Source of the DNA: the human T2T-CHM13v2.0 reference genome, Homo sapiens
Assembly: GCF_009914755.1 (NCBI RefSeq)
Contig: NC_060937.1
Length of the DNA stretch: 64,000 nucleotides
Strand: one strand, 5' to 3'
In this document: positions 15,909 to 30,751 of the stretch, one piece after another
Layout of the letters: each line of letters begins with the position of its first letter
Position numbering within the stretch: the first letter of the stretch is position 1
The notes under the pieces: model-generated
What the model was told of the DNA's origin: nothing
The model's database searches: none
The model's input: the letters and a program-made list of their open reading frames with translations, nothing else
Position numbers and translations under genes: made by a program

Positions 15909-17130
15909 GGTATGGATTTTTTATAATTACTACTGTACTTGATTATTTGATGCTCACTTAAGCCTCAAAAATCTCAGATACCATTGTGAGACATCATGAT
16001 GTACATAGGACTACAAGTACTAGAGAAACTGAGGCTGGGTGCAACAAGCCATGTAGGAAGGGAAATAAATTGGATTACCTTAATTTAACAGACACTCAGA
16101 AATTACTATTACCTGTCCACAACAGAGCAAGTATTTTCAGGGGGAAGCCAGAGTTGTAATTTCTTTGTTAATGCATTTAACACTCTGTAATGTAATGAAT
16201 AGGGGCAATTAAATAAAGCTCATTGTGAATACCTACACACTAATATACACACACAGTGGCATTAGTTAGTATTCTTGGTTTCGACATTTTTTTGTTGTAA
16301 TCACAATGACTTGACTCTGGTTAATGTGAAGAAAAAATGAATTTGGGTTTATATTTCACATTTTTTAAAAATTAATTAAGATTTTTGTCTTTAGATACTC
16401 TTTTTATTTTCCTAAAAAATAATTATAGGAGCTCATATAATTAAATGAATTACAAATGAATGAACTGTACCTTTAGATAAAACTTAAGTGTAATAGAAAA
16501 AAAGATGAATTTATTGAAAAGATGGTGAGCTGTCTTGAGCAATTAGAAGAGAAAATAACCCAAGGAAGGGGAAAAACCTGGACACTTCAAGAGTATCAGC
16601 AAAGAATTTCATCAACTTTCTGGTTAACATATATCCTTGCTGTTAACAATGTGGTCCAGCTAAAAAGCAGCCAAAGCACTGCTTAAGAGCTTACAAGAAA
16701 GGCAGAACTGCTCTCTGTATCCTAGACCTGAATCTGCATTTTAGCAAGTCCTTTGGTTATCCATAGGCACATTAAAGTTTGAGAGCCACTTCAATTAATG
16801 TGACTCAAAGATAATAATTAATCTCTGTGTCTCTGTGTTCCACATTCAAAGCTACAGGAGAGAAAATCTGATTAACTCTGCTCTGATCAGCTGTGATTTG
16901 GGGACAAGTCAAAGAGAACAAACACTGGCTCTTGGAGTTCCTAATTTGGTCTGTGTGGTCTGACTGAAGCAGGGCATTATTTCATAAACTCAGAATCACT
17001 CCTCTGCTTTTTATCAGGTGTGCATTAGGTATGAACATGAAATATATTTTTTTAAAGCAGAAAATCAGGAGACTTACCCCAAAAAAAGGTAAAAATAAGA
17101 GATGTGAAAGAAGTGTTAGACCCATGACAT

Positions 17131-17132
<2 letters not shown>

Positions 17133-17166
<34 letters not shown>
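17133..17166. repeat. (GT)17 microsatellite
   Basis: Uninterrupted gt run. Confidence 0.98.
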
Positions 17167-17168
<2 letters not shown>

Positions 17169-17599
17169 TTGGAAAAAGTAGAAAATCTCCTTAACAAATA
17201 ATCAATGAAAAATTTTTGAGTTATGCTTAGGGACAAGAGAAAGTATTTAATCATAGATATCTGGGGAATTTTGGGGATATTATCAACAAATAGGTAAAAG
17301 TAAAGTTGGTTTCATACATCACAATGAATAAGAAAATATATTATTGAATATTGATTGTATTTTATTAAAAAGACAAATTCTCTGATTCGTCAGACTTTAA
17401 TAATTAATATAATTTTTGAATGCCATAGAAAATATATGAAGAACTTTACTGAAGAGGAAGGATTTTCAATATACATTGTTAAGAACACAAACCGTAGTAC
17501 ATTTTGAATTGGATAAAATGTGTACGTAATTAAGTATAAACACTGTCAATGAACACACACAATGATATACACAAGACTATATATTATGTATGTAGACAC

Positions 17600-17990
17600 A
17601 TATATTGACATGCCCCAAATGCATGATAAATCATTAGACAAACCCAAATTGAGGAAATGTCTTCAATATGACTGATAAGGATGGCGGGGGTGGGGAACAG
17701 ATAAGCAGAAATTAAGGAAACATGGCAAAATATTTAATACAGTATACTTGAAGGAATCATGGACCAGGAAAAATGCACATGAATTGGGAATCTGAGTAAG
17801 GTTTATAGCTTAGTTATTAGTACTACAGCAACGTTTCCTAGTTTGATCATAGTTTTTCCTTACATAAAAACTATTTCTGTAAGATACTTACATTTGTTTA
17901 AACAGGTTAAGGGTTCATTGGGAATCTAATGCTACTTTTTTTTTTTTTTTTTTTTTTTACCTTTTCTGTAAGTCTCTGTGTAATCCAAAT
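17600..17990 (+). mobile_element. L1MC3/4-like 3'UTR remnant
   Basis: cattagacaaacccaaattgagg, ggaccaggaaaaat, ctgagtaaggtttatagcttagttattagta motifs. Confidence 0.55.
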
Positions 17991-18350
17991 AAAAAGGTGA
18001 CAAATAAAAACTTACGTTCTTCTTCACTTATATTTCTTTTCTATATTTTCTTCAGCTTAAGAGTAATTTTCTACAGTTACTTTAACAGAGGAGACAATAA
18101 AAATCAAATTAAAGTAAAGAGTTAAGTGTACACATGAATTGTTAAGACGCCTTTAGAAATTGAATTAACTTAGTAGCTCTTTTATATATGTTGTATTTTT
18201 GGTTGTCCATCTCTTTGGAAATAATATTTAATAAATGATTTAAAAATGTATTCATTTTTAAAAGTGCTATCAAAGCAATAAATATCAATTTTGCTTATCT
18301 CACACAAAGAAAGCATTATTTATAATGAAGAAGGTAATTTTATTCCTGTC

Positions 18351-18577
<227 letters not shown>

Positions 18578-20549
18578 TAGCACACAGTACTAAATACTAC
18601 GACATTTAATATCCAAACAGTGGTTTTAAATAAGCAGTACTTTTTTCTTGTTGGATGCTAAATCATGTTATCAGCTCATGTTCAACTTTAGCAATAAATA
18701 ATTCCTTTTAGTAAAAGTCTCATTGTGTAGATTTTCCAGATCATATAAATATTTCTTAAGCCACATAAAATTCAGTGCATGAGATTAGGTTCTAAAGCAT
18801 ATCGAATATGTATAAGCCATCAACCAACTTTTAAAATAGCTTACTTATTTTAAAAAGAGTTTATACTACAATCAGACTATTGAAGAATGAAAATACTGCA
18901 TCACAGAGAGCATATAATTGAATTAAATTTGTTTCCTAGGTTGTATGATACCCAGTGTAAACGTTATGCTGATCAAGAACAACAGAAATCAATGTTGGAT
19001 AGTATTATCTTGGGAAGTATACTAGAACCATGGAGACATAGATTAGCCTAAAAGGTCAATATAATTCAGACACTATTGAAAAGATATTTAACAACATGTC
19101 TGTCCTGTATTAGTGGTGAGCAGGGACTTTGAGGACAGTAAATAGTCAAGTTTCTATTCAATAATTTGTCTTTAGTTACTTGTCCATCCTTGGGCAAGTC
19201 GCCTAGCACTTTACAGTCCACTTCCTCTCCTCTAAATGTGAGGAGTAACTTACAAATATTTTAAGTTCTAATATTTTCTGCTTTTTAAAATAGAATTTAT
19301 TTTTATAGATATTTTAGGTTCAAAGCAAGATTGAATAGAAAGTATAAGGAGTTCCCATATACTCTCTGCCCACCTATACCCCCATATGCACAGTCTCTGT
19401 CACTATAGACCTCCCCCACCAAAATGGTGTATTTCTTACAATTGATGAACCTACATTGATACATCAGTATCACCAAAAGTCCATAGTTTACATCAGGTTC
19501 AGTCTTAGTGTTGTATATTATATGGGTTTTGGCAAATGTATAATACAGGTGTCTACCATTTTAGTATCATACAGAATATTTTCACTGCCCTAATATTCTA
19601 TTCATTTCTTCCTCCCAACCCCTAGCAACCACTGATCGTTTTACTGCCTTTATAGTTTTGCCTTTTCCAGAATGTCATAAAGTTGAAATCATACAAGGGG
19701 TAGCCTTTTCAGATTTAGTTGATTCACTTAGTAATATGTATTTAAGTTTCCTTCATGTCTTTTTATGACTTGATAGCTCATTTCTTTTTAGCCCTGAATA
19801 ATATTCCTTTGTCTGGATGTAGCAAGATTTATCTATCTATTCACCCGCCAAAATATATCTTGGTTGCCTTCAAGTTTTGATAATCATGAAAAAGTCTGCT
19901 ATAAACATCCTTGTCCAGGTTCTTATGTGGACATAAGAATTTTTTTCTTTTGGATAAATGTCAAGGAATGTAATTCTGGGTTATTAAAAATATATTTAGT
20001 TTTGTAAAAAAAAAAATCCAAATTATCTTTCAGAACGACTGTACTATTTTGCATTCCCACCTGGAATGCAAGTTTCTGTTGCTCCACATCTTTGCCAGAA
20101 TGTGGTGGTGTCAGTATTTTTTGTTTTGGACATCCCTTTAGTTCAAATGGTACCTCGTTGTGTGTAGTGGTATCTTATTGTTTTATGTTGCAATTCCCTA
20201 ATAAATGGATATTGAGCATTTTTATACACTTATTTGCCATCTGTATGTCTTCTTCAGTTAAATGCCTATACATCTTTTGCCCATTTTTTAATCAAGTTGT
20301 TTGCTTATTGTTGAGTTTCAAGTTTTCTTTGTGTATTTTGGATAGCAGTCCTTTATCAGATGTGTCTATTGCAAATAGTTTCTTCCAGTCTTTGGCTTGT
20401 CTTTGCATTTTCTTGATGGTGTTTTTCACAGAGCAGTGTTTTTGTTTTCTTTTTTTTTAATGTTGATGTAGTTCTACTTATCAATTATTTCTTTCATGGA
20501 TCATGCCTTTGGTGTTGTATCTAAAAATTCATGGTCAAAACCAAGGTCA

Positions 20550-20840
20550 GGCCGGGTATGGTGGCTCCCTTCTGTAATCCCAGCATTTGGAGGGCCTCAG
20601 GCAGGAGGATCACTTGAGCTCAGGAGTTTGAGACCATCCTGGACAACATAAGGAGACACCCCCATGTCTACAAAAAATAAAAAAATAAAAAAGTTAGCCA
20701 TGTGTGGTGGTGCATGCCAGTAGTCCCATCTACTTGGGAGGCTGAAGTGGGAGGATCACTGGAGCCCTAGTGGTCCAGGCTGCAGTGAGCTGTGATTGTG
20801 TCACTATACAGAAGTATGGGTGACAGTGAGAAGCTATTTT
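20550..20840 (+). mobile_element. Alu, AluJ-type
   Basis: Dimeric Alu with ggaggatcacttgagc and aggctgcagtgagctgtgat. The 3' end runs into a T-tract. Confidence 0.92.
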
Positions 20841-20854
20841 TTTTTTTTTTAAAT

Positions 20855-21201
<347 letters not shown>

Positions 21202-21212
21202 CTATTTAAGAA

Positions 21213-21323
21213 TTTTTTTTCTTAATCCTTCTGCCTTAACCTCCCATCTCCCGTGATCCTTAAAGGAATCATGGACCAGAAAAATTTGGGATTACAGACA
21301 TGAACCATGGTGCTTGCTTGGCC
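21213..21323 (-). mobile_element. Short Alu 5'-end fragment carrying a ~40-bp non-Alu insert
   Basis: atccttctgccttaacctccca ... tgggattacagacatgaacca...tggcc, flanked by taagaat on both sides. Confidence 0.7.
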
Positions 21324-22864
21324 TTCTAAGAATGTTATACTATACTTTTTGCATTCTACACTTAGGTCTATGATTTATCTTGAGTTAATTTTTGTGAAGG
21401 TTCTAAGGTCTGTGTCTAGATTGATTTTTTTTTTTTTTAATTTGTGGCTATCTTTTTTCCATTGCATGGCTTCGCACCTTTGTCAAAGATCAGCTGAATA
21501 TAATTTTTTAGGTTGCTTCTTACCTTTTAACTTGGTATATGTGTATTCTGATGTAACTTTGACAATATCTGTAAAAATATAATGCTGATATTCAAGCTCA
21601 AAAGTAATTTTCCTCTAGAAATTGGAGCTATGGCAATTAAGAAATGAAAAACTCTGTTTCTTGAAGCTGAATCTAATGCACATAAATTATCTAACAATTT
21701 TATTTTGGTATATCTGGATACCTTCCTGGATTAAGAATGGTTAAGAATATAGAGGAGTTCCAAAACTCATACTTTCCAAGAGAAGAGAAAGTAAACCCAT
21801 CAGTTTATTTTCCATTTTTAAGATTATTTTAATAGTATCATTATCAATAATAGACAAGCTACTATGTCACCATACTATTGAAGAAGAAAAGCATTTAATC
21901 ACCTCACTGAGATTCATGTACCTGCCTAATCACTATACTATGTTATCCCATTGCAAGCATGTATTAGCATATATTAAGAGTAATACAGCAAAATCAAACA
22001 TTCACAATATGTCAAACATTTGCAAAGAAAGTGAAAAGCAAGATGCTCATTTACTTCTTTAGAAATGCTAATTAATCATGAACAGAGCTCTACCGGAGGA
22101 GTTATCTAAGAGCAGGCCTACTCACAGTAACAGCTTTGTGGGTTAGGAAAATGGCATTGTTCCAAAAAGAAAAAAAAAAAAAAAACCACAGCAAACTTCA
22201 ACCTTAATTGGAAATAACAAAAAGAAACTTTGAAACCCAGAAGAAGGAAACAAAACAAAAGGCTGGAAATGGTAAAAAAAAGAAACACAGGCACTTCAAA
22301 AATAAATTCCCCTAGGAAAAAGGCTGAAATCACACTGTGACGTTATAGAGAAACCTCAATGGATAGTTTCTAATTTACATCTGGAAGTGATATTTCTTGA
22401 TCACAGACTTTTACAAATTTTAACAATAACTTTAAAGTTCAAAACCATGGCAATGAAAGCAAAAAGGCAGTGACTGGTGAACAATTGGATGGTACTGATT
22501 TATTTTCAGATTTACAAGATAAAATGTGGCAAATAAACCTTTAATTATTTTTGCTTGAAATAATCAAATGACTAAATCAATTAAATTATTGAAGAATAAA
22601 GGTATGCTTATGTGTTATTTAAGATTAAACTCTCAAATTTGGAAATATTTAGAGTTCTGTTGCTATTTATTTTTGTTTTTAGTATTTAGGAGATATGTAA
22701 CTTTTAAGCAACCATATCTGTATATTTTCAATTGTGACAACACCACACTTACATTAAAAAGATGTTATTTGCTGGCATTGAAGTATAGATAAGCAAACTA
22801 CTATTATTTATTGAAAAGTCACTAATTACTGATGTATGAAATCATTGGCATGGTTCATTTTAAA

Positions 22865-23242
22865 TGTCTTACTCTATTTTGCATGCTATAACAGAATGTC
22901 TGAGACTGGATAATTTATAAAGAACAGAAATATATTTTTTCAAAGTCTGGAGGCTGGAAAATTCAAGATCAAGTTGCCATCATCTGTCCAGGACCTTCCT
23001 GCGCTTCTTCACATAGAAGACAGAAGGGTCAAGAAAGGGACTCTGTGCCTGCACGTGGCAGAGGAGCAGAAAAAAGACTCATTCCCAATCTCCCTTTTTT
23101 ATAATGTCATTAATCCATTCATGATGGTGAAGGCCTTATGACCTAAACACCTCTTACAGGCCCCATTGCCCAAGCCTGTAGGTTGGTGACTAAATTTTTA
23201 ACACGTGAATTTTGGAGGCCACAAAATATTTAAGATATAGCA
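22865..23242 (-). mobile_element. MaLR solo LTR (MSTC/MSTD-like)
   Basis: tgtctta...gctataacagaatgtctgagactggataatttataaagaacagaaat...gaattttggagg...tatagca. TSD ttaaa / tcaaa. Confidence 0.85.
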
Positions 23243-24964
23243 TCAAAGTGTTCTGTAATTCAACTTATTCAACTGTCTCAATTTATCTAAGAAGAAACTG
23301 AAAATGAGAAAGATGAATTGACTTGCCTATGTTAGTCTTAGAAAGCTACTGAAGGAGTCACATTTTTGTCTCAGATATATCATAGGTAGTACCAATTTAT
23401 AATCTAATTTTTTTGTTCCAAGTATTACACTGTGAGACCCTTGATGAAAATACTAACACATGGTTTCTCTTCTCTTCCGGCAGCAATGTTGGATGTGACC
23501 ATTTGGTGTGGAATCAGCATACTTAATTCTATTTGCAGTATGATATGGTTGTGTGAGGCTAGTTTCTTCCTCTTTACAGTAGAAGTCTATTCTATGCAGA
23601 AAAAAACAAGAATATATTTTCACTGTTTTCTTTTCTTAGGTTGATACTATATATTTTGAAGAACTCCTTTATTTAGTATATATCCCCTTAAGCATAATTG
23701 TAGAGCAGTATGCCTTCCTTTCTCATCTTTCTGCCCCACTCCCTCTTACATTTGTATTTTCTTCTGTGTAGCTGCCAGGGCTTTCATGCTTGTTCTTTAA
23801 GCCCTTGTTCATAATTTTTATTTCTCTTAATTATATTGAAAATAATATTTTAAAGAAAATTTACTAAGTTTTCAGAGAAATGAAGTTAACTCTCTGCACT
23901 TCTATTATTCCTATAACCTGTTACAAGATATGTACTGAGTTAAAATATTGAGTGTAATTCCAAAGCATTCCTTCAATATATTACAATAACAATGTATTAT
24001 AAATAGAAAGATTTTGGCTTTTTACAATGGAGAATTATTTTAAAAGTTCAGGTTTGTCATAAATCACCAGTTATAAAATACTATTTCTTTTGTTCCATAT
24101 TGTTTGGGCCTTAGCCATCCTAACCTCAGGTCCTGGTTAAGATGCACAGTACTCCAGTCGGAATGACAGATTCTTTAATTATGCTGTGGCAGTGGTTTCT
24201 TCGCAGTGGAGTTGGACTGCCCCAGTAAGACTCTAAATGTAGTAAATGAACTGGTTTGTTTGCTTGCAGCCAAAAACTGTTTTCAGCTGATAAGTTTGAT
24301 TGCTGTCTTTTAGTCAATGCAAAATCGCTGCAGGGAAATTGCTATAGTCTTCTTTTTAGACCCTAAGCTTGCTTTGCAAAGCTCTGAGAAGACTAAATAA
24401 AGTAAAAGACTTTGGAGTAACTTTAAAGTGAAAAGAAAATGATTTAGGGTAATGTAAATAATATATTATGTGGCCAGAACAAAAAATGATCGACTAATTA
24501 AGCTCCATAAAAGAGGAAAGTCATCTCTCAGAAGCAATCAACTTTAGTTAAATATGTGAAAAAATAGGTGACCGTTGTTATAGCACATTTAAATTATTTT
24601 ATTACTCTAACTCTAAAATTTTGTAATGACCTCTTTATTTTTTATAAATAAAACTAAAATGATCATAGCTTTTTTCTCAATCTAAACAAAACAGTCCTTT
24701 TAAACTTGTAATGCAGAATTTGATCATTCTTTACTAGAAATAATGTTACTGTAAAATGGTTCAAACCATCTGCAGTTACGTGAATTATCCCAATAGCATT
24801 CAAGGTAGGAATAGCTAATTATAAGACTGATGAATAATAAGTAAATAGCTGTTTACTCACTATGTTATAAGAGTTTTCAATATTCAGAGCTGTGTTTATC
24901 AAAGAATAAAGGAGAGAAATAAAGGTCAAGACAACATTTAAAACTCATCTGAACAGACTATAAA

Positions 24965-24978
24965 TGTGTGTGTATGTG

Positions 24979-25022
<44 letters not shown>
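24965..25022. repeat. (TG)n-(TA)19 compound microsatellite
   Basis: Pure TA run at 24985-25022. Confidence 0.97.
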
Positions 25023-25027
<5 letters not shown>

Positions 25028-25836
25028 TTTTTCAATTTTTGGTTACCTCTAAGAATAGCTGTAAATACTACAAATTATACCTTCTCAAACACAGTATTTT
25101 AGTATGCTTTTGAGTTTTAGAAATCTGAAGCAAGGATAATAGTGATATTAGTCTATTTTCACCATATTATACAGAATGTTTTCAATCTGGAAATTCCCTT
25201 TCTTGTCCAGGACATTAGAGCATAAAAAAGAAATAGGTAACCCTCCAAAAAAGTAACTGAATGGTACATGGATACATTCTAGAAAAAGGTGGCATTTGAA
25301 GGACTAGGGAGAGCCATTTGAGGTTTTATTGGGAACAAATAAGGGAGATGGTAAGTGGAACTATTGTTGACTTCCTGTAGTAATTGAAAGGTGAAGGAAA
25401 CTGATACATTCAGTGAAAGAATAAAACCAGCTTTTCTTTATCTGTGAATGGAGGTTATGAATGAGAGCAGAGAACACAAAATATAACTGAAAATGGCCAG
25501 CCAAAAGCATTTTTGCACTTTGGTAGCAAAAAAAAAAAACCAACCAAAAAACAAAAACAAAAAAAACCTGTAGTGAAAAATGTAGTTTATTTAAGTAATT
25601 GCTTCCAAAGGAAGCACTGCTTTCAGAAGAATATTGCAGCTTGAAGAAGGAGCTAGAGTATTTCTCAAGTTTTATGTATAATTTACATTTTTTGTCAAAT
25701 AAATATTAATATAAATGTTTTTATTGAGAATATTTTTAAAAATTACTAATATGCTTTTACTTTTTGCATTTATAAGCATAAAATGTACACACTAGTCCAC
25801 TAAAGATATTTATGTGATAGTAGAAATATTGGTATT

Positions 25837-26201
25837 TGTATTCTGTTTTCAAACTGCTACAAAGATACTACCTGAGACTGGGTAATTTATAGACAAAAGA
25901 GGTTTAATTTATTTACAGTTCTGCATGGCTAGGGAGGCCTCAGGAAACTTCCAATCATGGCAGAAGGCAAAGGGGAAACAAGCACCTTTCTCATAAGGCA
26001 GCAAGAGTGTGAGAGAGGGCACAGGGGAAACTGCCACTTTTAAACCATCAAGATTTGTGAGAACTCCCTCACTATCATGAGAACAGCATGGGGGAAATGG
26101 GCCCCGTGATCTAATCACCTCCCATGAGGTCCCTCCCTCAATATGTGGAGATTACAATTGGAGATGAGATTCGGGTAGGGAAACAGAGTCAAATCACATC
26201 A
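25837..26201 (-). mobile_element. MaLR solo LTR (MSTA/THE1D-like)
   Basis: cctgagactgggtaatttata, gggaggcctcaggaaactt, ctcactatcatgagaacagcatgggg, gatgagatt...catca. TG...CA termini. Confidence 0.9.
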
Positions 26202-29200
26202 GTTTCTATTGGTTACAAAAGAAACTACAAGGTAAGACTATGATAATAATGACTTACACAATGGAATTATAGATTTAGACAGCAGCATTTAGATTCAGGG
26301 ATTTGGTAGAGAGATCATTTTTCCATATTATCATTTCCTCCTTTTAAGCAAATCCGGATTCAAGGCAGAAAGGACCAACTCATAATGTTCTCCTGCAATG
26401 TGTTGAATAAAACTTTTAACATCTGTGACAATTCTGTGAAGGCTATAACAAAGATGTATACAAAATAAGAGATATTTAAAAATCCTACTTTTAGGCATAG
26501 AGGATTATAAGAAGGAAAGCAAAGAATGAGATCTGGATTTTTTTTATTCTAGACTTTGACTCATTGATGAGGAAGTCTTTTAGTAAGTGAGGTTGACACT
26601 GGGGGTGGACTGAGGATCAGACCCTTACATTAGAGACAATGGGAAAAGGTTGCTTTGCAGGGTATTCCATACTAAATCGAGGTTGGGTCATATCAAAGTA
26701 CATCTGGCAGGGCTTAGCTTAATGATCAAGCAGAGGACAGTTTTTGAGGTTTTAATTTTGCCTTTCCTTCTTGTGTACCAATGACATGATCCAGATATTG
26801 CTGACACTGTGCCTAAGGAGTTTGCCTTAGAAAGCTGGTTCTATAATGTGCCTGCAGAGCAGACTTTCAGAGCTGTGCCAAAATGGTACCCAGACCCCAG
26901 AGGGAACATAGGATTGGCAGGAACAAGAGATGGACACTAAGCCAGGGAGCAAAGAGCACCATATGCTCATGTTTTAGACAAGAGAGATTTAGAGGACAAA
27001 TAGCTTTCACATGGAAAAAAGATAGCATCCCAGAAGATGGAGGTCATTATGCCCAAAACCTTCCACCTTCCTTCTTTCAAACATATAGGCACCTTCTTGA
27101 ACAAAGAAGCAGGGATCGTGCTTCCTCACGGAGGACTGAGAATTTTCTCTAGGACAAATAGAAATTAAAGTTTAAATTATTGCATCAGAATACAGTTTAA
27201 ATTAGATTATGAGTGTATGTTGGAGTGTGTGCTGTCATTGAGAAAGCTCAAGGTAGGTCAAAAGCAATTACAATTTTCTAGATAAAGAAATTGTTGTGCT
27301 GGTTAAAATCTGTGACTGTGCTATACACTTAGATGGTTTTTAAAATAAGAGTGAAGAGAACATTAATTAGGTGTGAATAATATCCCCACATCTAAAACGT
27401 GGGAAAGAAATAAGTTCTAGATCTTTAGGCCAGCACCAGACACAGACTACAATGCAGACCATCTACAAATGCTAAGTGATATACATCATTTTTATACTAT
27501 AAATCCTCTTTTGTTGCATAACACAATCTATGTATATTTGCCATTTATTCTAAATTTTATTTTTGCATTATTTTCAAATACATTTTTCTTCTCTTATATT
27601 TGCTTCACATTTTTACCCCCATGATTTGAAACTCTGTTTTCTACTTCTAAACTATATTAATACCTGTATTGCAGTATATGCTATGAAGAGACATTTTAAA
27701 TGGCTTTTCAGTTATTACTTATGTTTCTCAAAATCTTATTAAAATTATTTCATAAAAAGATAGATTATTTGGGGAGCCCCAGATTTAATGAATTAGAGTA
27801 AAGGAGAAGTTGCCAGTTATGTGTTCTATTACTTTTATTAGTTATTTTTATTTTAAATTGGTGCCTCTTATGATTCTTATTATTAGGTTGACTTGGGAAG
27901 TTCTTTGCCAAAAAAAAAAAAAAAAAAAGGAATATATCTGTTAATTTCTCCCTAAACATTCTTCACATACTGATCAGTGTAAGCAGTTTTAAAATAATTA
28001 TTAGTTTTTCTGGATAAAGAGAGTGCTATATTTTTTAAGCTTCTTCCATGGGATGCAATACTTTCCCTGGTTACAAGTTTTGGACAAATCTTTTTGTCTT
28101 GGAAACCTAACAGTCATTGGTTTACAGGTGGCAAAGTGTTAGGCATCAAGTGGTGAGAAAAATTCCAAAGTGACTTACGAAGAGTCAGGATGTCCTCTTG
28201 GTAAAGCCAGTCCATGTTTATCTTCCTGTCTTTATCCTTTCGTGAGACATGAGGGCACAAGTCTGTAAGCGCTGATCCAAACTGCTTTATTTAAGCTCAC
28301 GCCTTAATCTTATAAGTGCCATAAATAAGCACACAGAGCTGGAGGTTTATTTCAGAGAATTACTACCTAATAAATACTACCCCAGATATGGTTATGTAAT
28401 GCTATTAGAAAACAGGCACTGAAACTTGAGTTTAGGCCATCTTACAAACGGACCTCGTGGCATCTGTAATAAACTACTCTAAATAAGATCTAGTGATTTA
28501 TATCTTATTCTGAAATTCACTTCAAGAAAAATTATTCTTATGAGGCTGCTAGTAAATCTCTCAACACTTTTTAAATTTACTAAACAGTTCTTTTTATTTT
28601 CAGTCAGTGTTCTAAGCATTTACCATGCCATTTATGTCAATAAGAGCTGAATTAAAAATTAACAGTTTGATCTTAGTTTATGGAGACTATATTTTCTTCT
28701 CTGACTATGCTCACTGATGGAATGATGGAGAAGGAACAACAGTAGTTCAGGAGTGTGAAGCTCCATGCAGTTTATAGGCTGATACTCTTATGGGAGACTA
28801 TAAATTCCTTACTTATATGCAAGCTTTTATAGAGATGCAAAAATATGTTCCTTCTACTTAAGAAATGTCAATTTGTAGAAGAAGTTCAGAAGTCAGGATA
28901 TCCTGTTATAAAGCTCCTATTTAGAAGTTTAGGGAGAGCTGTTCTTCTAAATCATATTATAGTTTTATGATTATGTTGTTTACCATCTAGTTTGTTAATA
29001 ATATAAAACAAAATACCAATCATTTATGAAATGATACAACATTTGACATGGTCCTTATTATGTCCAAAAAATATTTTATCTTTATTCTTTAACATTATAT
29101 TCTCACAGAAAGTTAAGTGTTATCATCATTGTTTCAAATCCTCTCTGATGTCTATGCCATCACAAAAAACATTCAGAATAATAACTGGGATACTTATCTG

Positions 29201-29835
29201 ATTGCCACTACCATTCTCACTCGCTCACTCCACCATCTAAAGATGCCTTGAGTCCAGCATCTAAAAAAACCTGACTGCTCTCTGCCTTTAGAAGCTGGAT
29301 TTATAATCTATTCCAAACATTAATCTTTAAAACAATTTTATTTATAAAGAAATTCCTCTCAATAATCCTGAATGCTTGTACCATTCAGCAAATATCCTCT
29401 GCTACCATGTTTCATCAGATGGTTGAACTAGACCTTTGACAACAGAAACCTGCTGGAAAAAACCTACATAGATAAGCTTTCCTAAGTTGTTTAATGATAA
29501 ACTTTTTTCTATTGAACAAAAGTTTAAAATCTGAGGCAGATGATAACTGTACTTAACAGTTATAAAATTAAATTAAAAAGCCCTTCCTTTAAGGCTAACT
29601 CCATTGGTTCATTCATAAATCACACCGAGATTGTAATAATAGTAATGCTTTGAGGACAACATACATGCATTTATTTAGGAAACACACATTTTACGTATAC
29701 TTTGTATTCATTAGTTCCAAGAATATATAAAAATTAGAGTTAAATATGATTTAACTGTTTTTTAAATGGTTTATAAAAATATAAATGTCTTTCCAATATT
29801 CATAGTAACTATGCTTATTAAGTTATAAAATACCT

Positions 29836-30516
29836 TCTTTATTCATTCATCCATGGATGCACATTTAGTTTGTTTCGACATCTTAACTATTGTGAATAAT
29901 GCTGCAGTGAACATGGGAGTGTAAATATCTATTTGAGATCCTGGTTCCTATTCTTTTGGATAAATATTCAGAAGTGAGATGAGGGGATCATATTGTAGTA
30001 CTATATTTAATTTTGGGGGAAACATGTACTGTTTTTCATAGTGGCTGCACTGTTTTGCATTGTTCACAGTGTACAAGGGTTCTAATTGTTCTACTTCTTC
30101 ATCAATACTTTTGTGTTTATGATAATATTCATACTAACAGGGATGACAGGGTTTCTCATTGTAGAATATTATTAAGCCTTGAAAAGGAAATAAATCCTAT
30201 CATATGAACCTTGAGGATATTGAGCTAAGTGAAATAAGAAAGTCACAAAAGGAAATATACTGCATCATTCCACTTACAAGAGGTATCTAAAATAGTCAAA
30301 TTTATAGTAGCAAAGAGTAAAGTAGTGATGTTTCAGGGTATTAGGGGAGGAGAACATAAGGAATAGCTAATGGGTATAAATTTTACTTACTAAAGATGAA
30401 TAAGTTCTACAGCTCTGCTGTGCAACATCGTGCTCATTGTTAACAATACTGTATTATACACTTAAAGCCTTTGTTAAGAAGGTAGATCTCATGTGTTCTT
30501 ACCACAGTTGAAAAGA
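29836..30516 (+). mobile_element. Old L1 (L1MA9/L1MB-like) 3' end with inverted 5' segment
   Basis: 29836-30162 is antisense L1 (tattgtgaataatgctgcagtgaacatgggag). 30163-30516 is sense 3'UTR (gctaagtgaaataag, gatgaataagttct, ggtagatctcatg). Confidence 0.8.
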
Positions 30517-30569
30517 AATCAAAGTGCATGTAGTGTTGTATCTAATATTTCTTAGGCAAAGAAATTATT

Positions 30570-30751
30570 GGCCAGGTGCGGTGGCTCAAGCCTGTATTTC
30601 TAGCACTTTGGGAGGCCAAGGTGGGTGGACTGCTTGAGCCCAGGAGTTCGAGACCAGCCTTGGCAACACAGTGAAACCTCGTCTCTACTAAAAATGCAAA
30701 AATTAGCCAGTCTCATAACTTGGTCTCCAAATAAATAGACTAAAATTTTAA
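30570..30751 (+). mobile_element. Shortened Alu: left monomer, linker, short non-Alu filler, A-rich tail
   Basis: ggccaggtgcggtggctc...aaaaattagccag, then tctcataacttggtctcc, then aaataaata. TSD aaagaaatta at 30558-30567 and 30752-30761. Confidence 0.88.

Noticed and set aside
26400-27250. More GC-balanced block that might be exonic (also 53600-54000 and 63200-63540)
   Set aside because: No coherent ORF or splice structure. Probably ancient LTR or unique non-coding sequence that I cannot assign.
28173-28269. Possible minus-strand exon (cttacag acceptor to gtaagt donor); also + strand donors near 2510 and 26231
   Set aside because: Weak polypyrimidine tract, no recognisable coding content, and such motifs occur by chance in 64 kb. 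Needs RNA evidence.
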